DNA from: Acidobacteriota bacterium
GTDB taxonomy: Bacteria > Acidobacteriota > UBA890 > WLXD01
NCBI GenBank assembly: GCA_963666055.2
Contig: CAXWPH010000001.1
Location: forward strand, 60,791-124,790
Direction of reading: 5' to 3'
DNA length: 64,000 nucleotides
Under the pieces are notes generated by a model, which saw nothing but the letters and a program-made list of their open reading frames with translations, had not been told where the DNA came from and made no database searches. A program made the translations under genes and the position numbers. Shown piece after piece: positions 47,038 through 56,369 of this stretch (the first letter of the stretch is position 1; each line of letters opens with the position of its first letter).

Positions 47038-48927
47038 TCACTCCGCGGCACTGATCATTCGACGACGCTCGATGAAGTTCTCGATGCCGATGTGAATCGC
47101 ATCGGCAACTTGTTGCCGGTAGGTATCCTCATTCAGACGTGTCTCTTCCGTCGGGTTGCTCAGAAATGACACCTCCACCAACACCGCTGGCATTTCGGCG
47201 CCTACGAGCACCACGAACGGAGCATGTTTGACTCCCAAGTCGCGGACGTCGCCGTATTTCTTGCTCATCTGCATGATCAGGCTGTCCTGAATGGAGGTGG
47301 CCAAATCACGCGACTCGCGCTTGTTGGCGTTCCGCACGATCTCGTCCAGCACGTCGTTCAGCCCGCCTACTCCACCCCGAGCCGTCAAGTTCTCGCGCGC
47401 CGCTGTCTCCGCCGCCGTAGGGTCGGTGGCCAAATCGAGGTAGTAGGTCTCGAACCCGGTCAAATTGCGATTCGTGCTCGAGTTGACGTGGATCGAGACG
47501 AACAGGTCGGCACCACTCTCCGTAGCGAAGCTCGCCCGGTCCTCTAGATCGATGTTGCTGTCGTCGGATCTTGTCAGCGACACCTCGTACTTGCTGTTGC
47601 GTAGATTGCCGGCGACGCGGCGAGAAATATCGAGCGTGAGGTCCTTCTCGGTCGATCCGGACCGACCAATCGCGCCCGGCGCCGTTCCCCCGTGCCCCGG
47701 ATCGATGACGATGCGGTGCACACCGAAACCAAGCTGCCGGGCCTCCGAGCCGCCCTCTGGCGGTTCCGGGCGGCGAGCGCTGGCGAGTCGCTCCGACATC
47801 GCGGCGCTCGGCACATCGAGAACCAGCCGCGGCGGCCCAGCCAGTGTGAAGAGGCTGTACTCGACGGCACCGGTCAGGTCGAGAACGGCACGTACCACAC
47901 CCGGCCGGTTGACCGCCAGACGGATCTGTCGAACTCCGGAGCTGTTGACGACCAGGTTGCGCGGCAGGTCGCTCGGCAAGTCAGCACCGATCAAGTCGAT
48001 GAATACGCGCGGTGGCGCCAGTGCCTCGCCGACACGGTGCTGCACCGGATTGTCGAGATCGAAGACTACGCGCGTATGCTTGCCGTCGGAGAAATGACGC
48101 ACGCTCAGCACCCGGCCGGTGATCGCCGGCGGCGATGTCGCCGCCGCCGGCTCAGAAACCTCGCCTGGTGTCGTCGGCTCTAGCGCTGCGGTGGCAGCGC
48201 TCGCCACCGTTGTGGTAATTGGCGCCTCGGCCGTCGAAGTCTCTACCGAGGCACGCCCAGCCGAGGGACCGGAGACGGGGGTGGGCATCGCCTCCAGCTC
48301 CTCGACGGGCGGCTGTTTATCAGAAGATGGCCTTGTCTCGTTGGCCACAGACTCGTCGGCGGGCACGTCCATCGTCGAGTTGTCTACGACGACGGCGTCT
48401 GGCGCAGCGGATTTGCGGCCCCCGATGATGCGGCGGCTGGCCTCCTCCGCCTGTGGGGTGCCGGGGAAACTCTCCAGAAGACGGAAGTAGTAGCCGGAAG
48501 ACTCGCTCGGACGCACCAGGTCTCCGAGACGGAGGTACGCTTCGGGCGCGTACACGTTGCTCGGATACCGCTTGGTCAGCGACTCGTACGCCGCCTGCGC
48601 GGCCACCGCTGCATTGGCGTCTCCAGCAGCCATTCGCCGTGAGTGAATGTCGCCGATACGCCAGAGCGCATCGCCGGCCAGCGGGTTGGCCGGGAATTCT
48701 ACCGGGATCCGGCCAAACGCGGTGAGCAGCCGGTTCCACGAGGCATCGTCGGCGCACTCCGGATCGACAGTGCGCAACTGGCGGTAAAGGGTCTCGGCGC
48801 GTTCAAACAACACACCCGCCGAGATGACTTCTCCGGCCGTCGGACTCGCCGCCAGAGCGATTCCCACCAGACATGCGACAGCAGAAAACAAGGTCCGCTT
48901 GATGGCCATGGCAAAACTCCGCGCCAT
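47038..48927 (-). CDS. N-acetylmuramoyl-L-alanine amidase (TPR-like + AMIN + Amidase_3)
   Basis: Signal peptide, helical N-domain, Pro/Ala/Thr linker, RVVFDL/PRVFIDL AMIN motifs, IDPGHGG, EK, FVSIHVN, LVEVSFLSN. Confidence 0.92.
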   Translation of the reverse strand: MARSFAMAIKRTLFSAVACLVGIALAASPTAGEVISAGVLFERAETLYRQLRTVDPECADDASWNRLLTAFGRIPVEFPANPLAGDALWRIGDIHSRRMAAGDANAAVAAQAAYESLTKRYPSNVYAPEAYLRLGDLVRPSESSGYYFRLLESFPGTPQAEEASRRIIGGRKSAAPDAVVVDNSTMDVPADESVANETRPSSDKQPPVEELEAMPTPVSGPSAGRASVETSTAEAPITTTVASAATAALEPTTPGEVSEPAAATSPPAITGRVLSVRHFSDGKHTRVVFDLDNPVQHRVGEALAPPRVFIDLIGADLPSDLPRNLVVNSSGVRQIRLAVNRPGVVRAVLDLTGAVEYSLFTLAGPPRLVLDVPSAAMSERLASARRPEPPEGGSEARQLGFGVHRIVIDPGHGGTAPGAIGRSGSTEKDLTLDISRRVAGNLRNSKYEVSLTRSDDSNIDLEDRASFATESGADLFVSIHVNSSTNRNLTGFETYYLDLATDPTAAETAARENLTARGGVGGLNDVLDEIVRNANKRESRDLATSIQDSLIMQMSKKYGDVRDLGVKHAPFVVLVGAEMPAVLVEVSFLSNPTEETRLNEDTYRQQVADAIHIGIENFIERRRMISAAE

Positions 48928-48985
48928 GCCACCCTTTACGCAGCCTCTCCCTGACTTTCGCCCCGTTGATCAGCGATCAGGTCAG

Positions 48986-49015
48986 AGTATAGGACAGAAA
49001 GTGCCCCGACTGCAA
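48986..49015 (-). promoter_or_regulatory. Putative sigma70 promoter of the amidase gene
   Basis: Minus strand TTGCAG-N18-TATACT. Confidence 0.5.
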
Positions 49016-49090
49016 CAGGGGCCGGAAAGTCACGCAGTTAGCTAGATTCAGTCAGAATTAGCTAATGGGACATAATAGAAGTGCGCGTGC

Positions 49091-49708
49091 CTAAGGAGCA
49101 CCGCCACGATATCGCTCATAGTAACTAAGGACGCGTTGTACATAGGTGCGCGTTTCGCGAAACGGGGGCACACCGCCGTGTCGCGCCACGCTCCCCTCTC
49201 CGGCGTTGTAGGCCGCCAAGGCGAGGGAAAGATCGTTGTACTTGGCGTACAGGCGGGCAAGAAAGTCGGAGCCAGCCAGAATGTTCTGGCGAGGATCCCA
49301 CACGTTGCGCACACCCAGCGAGGCCGCCGTTGCCGGCATGAGCTGCATCAGGCCCTGTGCACCTTTGGACGACACCGCGTCGGGATTGAAGTTCGACTCC
49401 GCGGCGATCACCGCGGTGATCAACTCCGGCGCCAAGCCCGTGCGCGCCGACGCGCTGGCAATCTCGTCACGGTAACGGGGTGCCGGAATGCCGACGGTCA
49501 CCATGCGTCTGGTCCGGGCACCGTGAATGGTACGCATGAATACCATGGCGCCCGGCTCAGGCGATGTCGTGAAGCGCTGCGATCCGTCCGGATCCGTCAC
49601 TACCCAGATTTGCGCGCTCGCTGGGCGCGTTTCGGCGAAGACCAGAACGAGCATCGTGGCTCCCACCAGTCCTGCCTTCAACACGCCACGTCGCCAAGCA
49701 ACGGCCAT
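49091..49708 (-). CDS. Lytic transglycosylase (SLT domain)
   Basis: ESNF, GLMQLMP, AAYNAGEG, PPFRETRTYV. Confidence 0.93.
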   Translation of the reverse strand: MAVAWRRGVLKAGLVGATMLVLVFAETRPASAQIWVVTDPDGSQRFTTSPEPGAMVFMRTIHGARTRRMVTVGIPAPRYRDEIASASARTGLAPELITAVIAAESNFNPDAVSSKGAQGLMQLMPATAASLGVRNVWDPRQNILAGSDFLARLYAKYNDLSLALAAYNAGEGSVARHGGVPPFRETRTYVQRVLSYYERYRGGAP

Positions 49709-49803
49709 GACCGCCCTCCTACTTGCCCCCCAAGCGGTAGCGCAGACCCCTTATCGCATTGCGAGCGTCCCGTACACGGTCAGCGTCGCAGGCGATCTAA
49801 GCT

Positions 49804-52455
49804 TTACTGTAGCAGTTCAGCGATCAGTTTCGGAGCCCTCTTTAGTGCTTCACTGACTTTTCCTGCTTCGGGGCCACCTGCCTGCGCTAGCTCGCGGTGA
49901 CCTCCGCCGCCCCCACCGACGATCGGCGCGATCACCCGGATCACGTCACTGGCACCGATCCGTGACGCCAGATCGGCTGTAACGCCTACCACCAGCGCCG
50001 CCTTGGTATCGTTCCTCAGACCGACTATTACCACACCGGATCCCACCTTCGCCTTGAGTTCGTCGACCAGGTTGCGCAATCCCGATGCGTCAAGCCCCTC
50101 GACCTCGCGGCGCAGCACCCGCACGCCGTCGACCTCGACCACGTCGGCGTCCACGTCGCTCCCGGCCTCTTGCGACGCCAGACGCAGGCGCAGGCGTTCC
50201 ACCTCACGCTCGGCCCTGTGGGCTCGCTGCACGAGCTTTGCGACGCCGTCGGCAAGTCGGTCCTCAGGGGTTCGCAGACGGCCGGCAGCATCTCGCACCA
50301 GCCCTCGATAGTGCTGCAACACGCGCAAGGCTGGTTCTCCGGTGACCGCCTCGATCCGGCGCGTCCCCGCTCCGATGCTTTCCTCGCGCTGGACGACGAA
50401 GGCGCCGATCTCGCCCGTGCGACCGACGTGCGTGCCGCCGCACAGCTCGGTCGAGACACCCGGTATGTTCACCACTCGAACTCGGTCGCCGTACTTGTCG
50501 CCGAAGAAGGCCAGCGCGCCGCGCTCGATGGCATCGTCGTAATCCGTCTCCTCGATGTCGAGCGCCACGTCGCCCCGAATCGCGGCATTGACCTCAGCTT
50601 CAAGATTCTCGAGGTGGCTCGACTCGACCGCCTCGAAGTGAGTGAAATCGAAGCGTAGACGGTCTTCGTCCACCAGCGAGCCTGCCTGCCGCACATGCTC
50701 GCCGAGCTGCTCACGCAGCGCCGCGTGCAACAAATGGGTGGCGGTGTGATTACGCTGGATGCTCCGGCGACGACCGGCGTCAACCTGCAGCGACACCTCT
50801 TGCCCGAGCTGCAGCTCGCCCTCTTGCACTTCCACAGAATGCAGAATCGCTCCTGTCACCGGCCGCTGTACGTCGGTGACGGAGCCGAATCCGCCCGCCC
50901 AGCGCAACTCGCCGACGTCGCCGACCTGCCCCCCGGACTCAGCGTAAAAGGGCGTACGGTCGACCAATACGCCACCCTCGTCACCGGCGACGAGCCGGTC
51001 GACAGACTCTCCATCGCGGATCAGCACCAAGACGCGCGCCTCACTGACCTCGGTGCTCACATACGCGAGAAACTCCGTCGGCTCCTTGTCGACGGTCAGC
51101 TTGCGCACCAGATCGCGCACTGGCTGACCATCGGCACCCTTCCAGGCCGAGCGCGCCCGTGCCCGTTGCGCCTCGAGCGCCGTGGCGAACCCCTCCTCGT
51201 CAATGGTCAGTCCCTCCGCCGTGGCGAACTCGCGCGTCAGCTCGATGGGCAGGCCGAAGGTGTCATAGAGACGAAAGGCATCCTCACCCGGAATGGTCGA
51301 TTCCGAAGCCGCCTTCAGACCGGCGGCTAGCTCGTTGAACCTCTGCGAGCCCGACGAGAGCGTCTGTAGAAACCGCTCCTCCTCCGTTTGCACGACGCGA
51401 GCAATCAGGTCGCGGTGCTCTTCCAACTCCGCATAGATCGAGCCCATCCGATCTACAACGGTCAGCGCGGTATTGCGTAGGAAAGGCTGATCGAGTCCCA
51501 GCTTCATGCCGAACCGCATGGCGCGCCGCAAGAGCCTGCGGAGAACGTAGCCCCGGCCCTCGTTGGCCGGCATCACGCCGTCGGCGAGCAAGAAAGCCAA
51601 AGCGCGGCTGTGGTCGCCGATAACCCGCAGCGCCACGTCGCTCTCGGCAGCGTCGCCGTAGGCATGCCCAGTCTTGTCGGCCACGGCCTCGATAATCGGG
51701 CGGAACAGATCGGTGTCGTAGTTTGATCGCGTTCCCTGCAGAACCGCGGTCAACCGTTCGAGGCCGGCGCCAGTATCGATGTTGGGCTCAGGTAGCAGCT
51801 CGGTGCTGCCGTCAGCGTTGGCGTTGAACTGTATGAACACCAGGTTCCACAGCTCGACGAACCGGTCGGCGTCGAGATCTACGGGATCCTGCGGCTCGCC
51901 GAGCTCGTCGAGGTCATAGTCGTAGTGGAGCTCGGAGCAGGGGCCGCACGGTCCGGTATCCCCCATCGACCAGTAGTTGTCCTCCTTGCCGAGTCGCAGG
52001 ACGCGTTTGGGCTGGATGTCGGTCTCCTGCACCCAGAGCTTTTCGGCCTCGTCATCCTCCTCGAACACCGTCGCCCAGAGACGCTCCTTGGGAAGCTGGA
52101 AGTGCTCTGTCATCAACTCCCAGGCCATCACGATGGCCTCGGCCTTGAAGTAGTCGCCAAACGAGAAGTTGCCCAGCATCTCGAAGAAAGTGTGGTGGTG
52201 CAGCGACGGGCCCACAGTCTCGAGGTCATTGTGCTTTCCCGACACGCGCATGCACTTCTGCGACGTCACAGCGCGGCGATACGGGCGACTGGCCTCGCCA
52301 AGAAACGTCGCCTTGAATTGGTTCATGCCCGCGTTGGTGAACAGCAACGTAGGATCGTCGGCAGGTACGAGGCTGCTGCTCGCCACGTGCGTATGGCCTT
52401 GCCCCGCGAAGTACTCGATGAACCTCTGCCGGATGTCGTCGCTGCGGAAACTCAC
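49804..52455 (-). CDS. alaS: Alanine--tRNA ligase
   Basis: FTNAGMNQFK, FFEMLGNFSFGDYFK, HTATHLLH, ELCGGTH. Confidence 0.98.
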   Translation of the reverse strand: MSFRSDDIRQRFIEYFAGQGHTHVASSSLVPADDPTLLFTNAGMNQFKATFLGEASRPYRRAVTSQKCMRVSGKHNDLETVGPSLHHHTFFEMLGNFSFGDYFKAEAIVMAWELMTEHFQLPKERLWATVFEEDDEAEKLWVQETDIQPKRVLRLGKEDNYWSMGDTGPCGPCSELHYDYDLDELGEPQDPVDLDADRFVELWNLVFIQFNANADGSTELLPEPNIDTGAGLERLTAVLQGTRSNYDTDLFRPIIEAVADKTGHAYGDAAESDVALRVIGDHSRALAFLLADGVMPANEGRGYVLRRLLRRAMRFGMKLGLDQPFLRNTALTVVDRMGSIYAELEEHRDLIARVVQTEEERFLQTLSSGSQRFNELAAGLKAASESTIPGEDAFRLYDTFGLPIELTREFATAEGLTIDEEGFATALEAQRARARSAWKGADGQPVRDLVRKLTVDKEPTEFLAYVSTEVSEARVLVLIRDGESVDRLVAGDEGGVLVDRTPFYAESGGQVGDVGELRWAGGFGSVTDVQRPVTGAILHSVEVQEGELQLGQEVSLQVDAGRRRSIQRNHTATHLLHAALREQLGEHVRQAGSLVDEDRLRFDFTHFEAVESSHLENLEAEVNAAIRGDVALDIEETDYDDAIERGALAFFGDKYGDRVRVVNIPGVSTELCGGTHVGRTGEIGAFVVQREESIGAGTRRIEAVTGEPALRVLQHYRGLVRDAAGRLRTPEDRLADGVAKLVQRAHRAEREVERLRLRLASQEAGSDVDADVVEVDGVRVLRREVEGLDASGLRNLVDELKAKVGSGVVIVGLRNDTKAALVVGVTADLASRIGASDVIRVIAPIVGGGGGGHRELAQAGGPEAGKVSEALKRAPKLIAELLQ

Positions 52456-52949
52456 GGAAGATGTCCTCTGGTGTTCAAATCATCGAGCCAGCGCGATAGC
52501 GCCGCCTGAACGTCGCCTCCCGAGAAACCGCGTCGTCCCAGGTGATTCGAGCACCGACGGATGCCTGGCCAATCGACCGGTTCGCCTTTCTGCTCCACCC
52601 AGCGGCGCACCGCCTCGGCGAGGATCCCGCCCTCGCCACCGGCCTCCTCATAGGCCTCGTCGGCAACCCGGATGATCATTGTCTGGGGCAGGCCTTGACG
52701 CTGCAAGTCGCGATGCAGCGCCAGCCGGCCGCATGGTCTGCGCCTGAGGATCGACCCGGCGCGGTCAACACCGAACCTGTAGTCGTTCACATAGTCGAGC
52801 TCGATGCAACGAGCCACCGCGGCAACAGCCTCGTCGGAGCTGTGCGTGCGGGCGCGCAATCTCTCCTCCAGACGACGCGCGCTCAGGTCGCGAAAGCCGA
52901 TAATCCTCAGCGCATCCGCGAAGGCGGTCCGCTTCCGCTGACGGCTCAC
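52452..52949 (-). CDS. recX: Regulatory protein RecX
   Basis: RDLS, YVNDYRF, LQRQG, RRGFS; directly upstream of alaS. Confidence 0.8.
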   Translation of the reverse strand: MSRQRKRTAFADALRIIGFRDLSARRLEERLRARTHSSDEAVAAVARCIELDYVNDYRFGVDRAGSILRRRPCGRLALHRDLQRQGLPQTMIIRVADEAYEEAGGEGGILAEAVRRWVEQKGEPVDWPGIRRCSNHLGRRGFSGGDVQAALSRWLDDLNTRGHLP

Positions 52950-54067
52950 CCGCGCCGCGACGGATCGGCCCCCCGGTCACCGCGTCCGGGGTCCATCCCC
53001 GACACGATGCCGCGCAGCTGCAGCTTCAGGTCATTCGGAACCGTGGCGGCGGCCACCGCAACCTCTTCCGAGATGAGCTCGCGCTGGCATAGCGAGAGGA
53101 TCGACTGATCGAACGTCTGCATTCCGTACTGATCACCACCCTCCGTCATCGCATCGCGGATTCTCTGTGTACGCTTGGAGTCGCGGATGCACTCGGAGAC
53201 GAACTTGGAATTGATCAGCACCTCGACGGCAGGCACCAGCCCTTCACCATCGATGCGGCTGAGAAGCCGTTGGGAGATCACCGCCCGCAGCACATCGGCG
53301 AGCTGAATACGCACCTGCTCCTGTTGGTACGGCGGGTAGGTTGCCAGGATCCGATTGAGCGTTTCCGGGGCATCGATTGTGTGCAGCGTCGAAAATACGA
53401 GGTGACCGGTCTCGGCAGCGAGCACCGCTGCGTCGATAGTTTCGCGATCGCGCATCTCACCAATGAGGATCACATCGGGGTCTTGTCGCAATGCGGCGCG
53501 CAGCGCGTCGGCGAACGAGTTGGTGTCGAGCCCCAGCTGACGCTGGGTGATCAGGCTGTTCCGATCCACGTGGACGTACTCGATCGGATCTTCAATCGTG
53601 ATGATGTGGCGGCTTCGATTACGATTGATGTGGTCGATCATCGCCGCCAACGTCGTCGACTTGCCGCTCCCGGTCACTCCGGTCACCAGCACGAGGCCGC
53701 GATTGGCCTCCGCGACCTGGGAGAGCACCGGCGGCAGATTGAGCTCCTCGAGCCCCAACGGCTCCGGCGGCATGATCCGCAGCACGATGCCGATCTGACC
53801 GCTGTTGGTGAATACGTTGACGCGAAAGCGGCCCAGCTCTCGCACTGCGTAGCCGATATCGATCTCGCGCATCGACTCGAAATTGATCTGATGATCCTGC
53901 AGGATCTCCTTCGCGATGTCGCTGGTGTCTGCCGCCGTCAGCGAGGCCTCACCGTCGACCGGCTCGATCTCACCATCGACGCGGAGCATCGGCGGGCTAC
54001 CGGCGCGCAGGTGCAAGTCAGAGGCACCGCGGTCAACCGCCTCCCAGAGCAGCGTATCGAGGTCCAT
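52946..54067 (-). CDS. pilT: PilT/PilU type IV pilus retraction ATPase
   Basis: ASDLHL, GVTGSGKSTT, EDPIE, LRQDPD, ETGHLV, GMQTFDQ. Confidence 0.92.
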   Translation of the reverse strand: MDLDTLLWEAVDRGASDLHLRAGSPPMLRVDGEIEPVDGEASLTAADTSDIAKEILQDHQINFESMREIDIGYAVRELGRFRVNVFTNSGQIGIVLRIMPPEPLGLEELNLPPVLSQVAEANRGLVLVTGVTGSGKSTTLAAMIDHINRNRSRHIITIEDPIEYVHVDRNSLITQRQLGLDTNSFADALRAALRQDPDVILIGEMRDRETIDAAVLAAETGHLVFSTLHTIDAPETLNRILATYPPYQQEQVRIQLADVLRAVISQRLLSRIDGEGLVPAVEVLINSKFVSECIRDSKRTQRIRDAMTEGGDQYGMQTFDQSILSLCQRELISEEVAVAAATVPNDLKLQLRGIVSGMDPGRGDRGADPSRRG

Positions 54068-54076
54068 GTGGTTTCC

Positions 54077-55054
54077 TCAGACCGAGCTTTCGCTCGCTAG
54101 CACCGTCGCACGTGCGTCGCTCGCCTCTGGGTAGACCGGCGTAAGCCAACCGTACGAATCATCGGTTCGTCCCTGCACGATCTCGAAGAAGTGTCGTTGG
54201 ATCTGTTCGGTCACGGCGCCGCGTCGGCCCAGGCCGATCTGGATTCGATCGATCGATCGAATCGGGGTGATCTCGGCAGCCGTGCCGCTCATGAACACCT
54301 CGTCAGCGATGTAGAGCATCTCACGCGGAATATCTGTCTCGCGGACTTCGAAACCGAGGTCACGAGCAAGTGTGATGACGCAATCGCGGGTTATCCCCGG
54401 GAGGATCGACGAAGCCATGCCGGGGGTATGGATGACCTCGTCACGCACAACGAAGACGTTCTCGCCGCTGCCCTCCGATACGAGGCCTGCGGGTGTCAGC
54501 GCGATCCCCTCGGCAAAACCCTCCGTCACCGCCTCCATCTTGACCAGTTGTGAGTTCATGTAGTTGGCGCCGGCCTTGGCCATGAACGGCAGCGTGTTGG
54601 GCGCCATGCGATTCCACGACGATACCTTCAGGTCGGCGCCGGATTCGAGCGCCTCCTCGCCGAGGTAGGCGCCCCACTCCCACACCATGATGTACGTCTC
54701 GATCGGACACGGAAGTGGGTTCACCCCGAGGGAATGGTAGCCGCGCAGGGCGATTGGCCGGATATAGCAATGCTCCATCTTGTTGGCGCGGACGGTCTCC
54801 AGACAGGCCGCTGCCAACTGCTGGGCGTCGTAGTCGAGCTCCATCCGATAGATTCGCGCCGAATCAAGCAGACGCCGGCAGTGCTCCGGCAAGCGAAATA
54901 CCGCAGGCCCACGCTCGGTCTTGTAACAGCGGATGCCCTCGAAGACCGAAGAGCCGTAATGTAGCGCGTGCGCTCCGACATGTACCGTCGCTTCGGCCCA
55001 AGGGATCAGCTTGCCGTTGTGCCACAAGTAGGGAGTTGGCTCGAGAGCAGCCAT
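54077..55054 (-). CDS. ilvE: Branched-chain amino acid aminotransferase
   Basis: LHYGSSVFEGIR, AKAGANY, EGSGEN, LPGITR, GTAAE. Confidence 0.95.
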   Translation of the reverse strand: MAALEPTPYLWHNGKLIPWAEATVHVGAHALHYGSSVFEGIRCYKTERGPAVFRLPEHCRRLLDSARIYRMELDYDAQQLAAACLETVRANKMEHCYIRPIALRGYHSLGVNPLPCPIETYIMVWEWGAYLGEEALESGADLKVSSWNRMAPNTLPFMAKAGANYMNSQLVKMEAVTEGFAEGIALTPAGLVSEGSGENVFVVRDEVIHTPGMASSILPGITRDCVITLARDLGFEVRETDIPREMLYIADEVFMSGTAAEITPIRSIDRIQIGLGRRGAVTEQIQRHFFEIVQGRTDDSYGWLTPVYPEASDARATVLASESSV

Positions 55055-55166
55055 GCGCGGACCTCCTGAGGGGCTGCGGGGGCCTGAATATTACCACGCA
55101 CCCGAGTCTGTCCCTGGCCCCCGACACCCCGTTCTCCGGCGATCAACAGAGTTCTTCAGCACCCTG

Positions 55167-56303
55167 CTAGACCGGAGCGCGCACCACCGAACCCAGCACC
55201 GCTGCTCTGGCCGCCCCGGTAGCGCTGGGGACGTTGCCTGGACGTCCGGCCAGGGTTTCCAGAGCCAGCACGGCAAAGGCCGCTGCCTCTTTTGCATCTG
55301 GTGGAATCCCGTCTTCAGGCGGCACCGGCTCGACGCACGAAAGTCGAGCGCGCAACCCGTCCATGAGCGCCCGATTGTGAACTCCCCCGCCGGCCACGAG
55401 CATTTCGTCGATCGGCTGGTGTGGTGCGATCCAGCGCCGCACCGCATCCACCACCGAGGTCACCGTCAGCTGCGCTGCGGTGGCGAGCACGTCTGCCGTG
55501 GCGAGACTCGAAATGCCCTCGTCGTCCAGGCACTGCACGAACTGTCGCGCATCGGCCGACTTGGGTGGCACGCGTGAGTAGTAGTCGTCGGCCAGCAGCA
55601 CCTCTAGCAGCTGCGGTACCACCTGCCCCGACAACGCCAGCCGCCCATCAACATCGATCCCACGAGGCAAGTGGCGTTGGCGCGCGACAGCATCGAGCAA
55701 CACGTTGCCAGGCCCGGTATCGAACGCGATCACCGCGTCGAGAGGCGCACCCGGCGGTAGTCCAGTTACGTTCGCTATACCGCCGAGGTTCAACAGCACG
55801 CGGCCACGCGTTGCATGGCGGTACAGGCGCCAGTCGAGCAGCGGCACCAGCGGCGCGCCCTCGCCGCCAAGCGCCATGTCCATGGCGCGAAAATCGGCCA
55901 CTGTGGTGATGCCGGTGCGCGCCGCGATCACTGAAGGATCACCGATCTGGAGCGACGCACGCACAACCTGGCCGCCCAACTCGACCGCCTCGGGCAGGTG
56001 CACCAGAGTCTGACCGTGAGAGCCGATGCATCGCACCTCGTCAGCCCGCACCGAGAGCTCATCGAGCAGGGCCAGCGCCGCTTCCGCGAACGCCTCCCCT
56101 ACGGCGACGTTGAGGCGCGCCAGGTGGGCAACGTCACCGTATTGCTGGCACAGACGCAGCTCGGTGCTGAGATCCTCCTCGTAAGGCCGGCTGCTGAACC
56201 CGGCAAGAGTCGGCAACGTTGAAGGGTCGCGTTCGGCGCCGATGAGGGCGACGTCGATGCCGTCCATCGAGGTTCCCGAGATGAGCCCCAGGGCCAGATC
56301 CAT
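55167..56303 (-). CDS. anmK: Anhydro-N-acetylmuramic acid kinase
   Basis: SGTSMDG, GSHGQT, DFR, GAPLVP, NLGGIAN, DTGPGN. Confidence 0.95.
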   Translation of the reverse strand: MDLALGLISGTSMDGIDVALIGAERDPSTLPTLAGFSSRPYEEDLSTELRLCQQYGDVAHLARLNVAVGEAFAEAALALLDELSVRADEVRCIGSHGQTLVHLPEAVELGGQVVRASLQIGDPSVIAARTGITTVADFRAMDMALGGEGAPLVPLLDWRLYRHATRGRVLLNLGGIANVTGLPPGAPLDAVIAFDTGPGNVLLDAVARQRHLPRGIDVDGRLALSGQVVPQLLEVLLADDYYSRVPPKSADARQFVQCLDDEGISSLATADVLATAAQLTVTSVVDAVRRWIAPHQPIDEMLVAGGGVHNRALMDGLRARLSCVEPVPPEDGIPPDAKEAAAFAVLALETLAGRPGNVPSATGAARAAVLGSVVRAPV

Positions 56304-56369
56304 CGTAGGTCAGCTACCCCGCTCGCAGCGCGCACGCGCTGTCGCCTTTCCACCCGCCGCCGACAAAGC

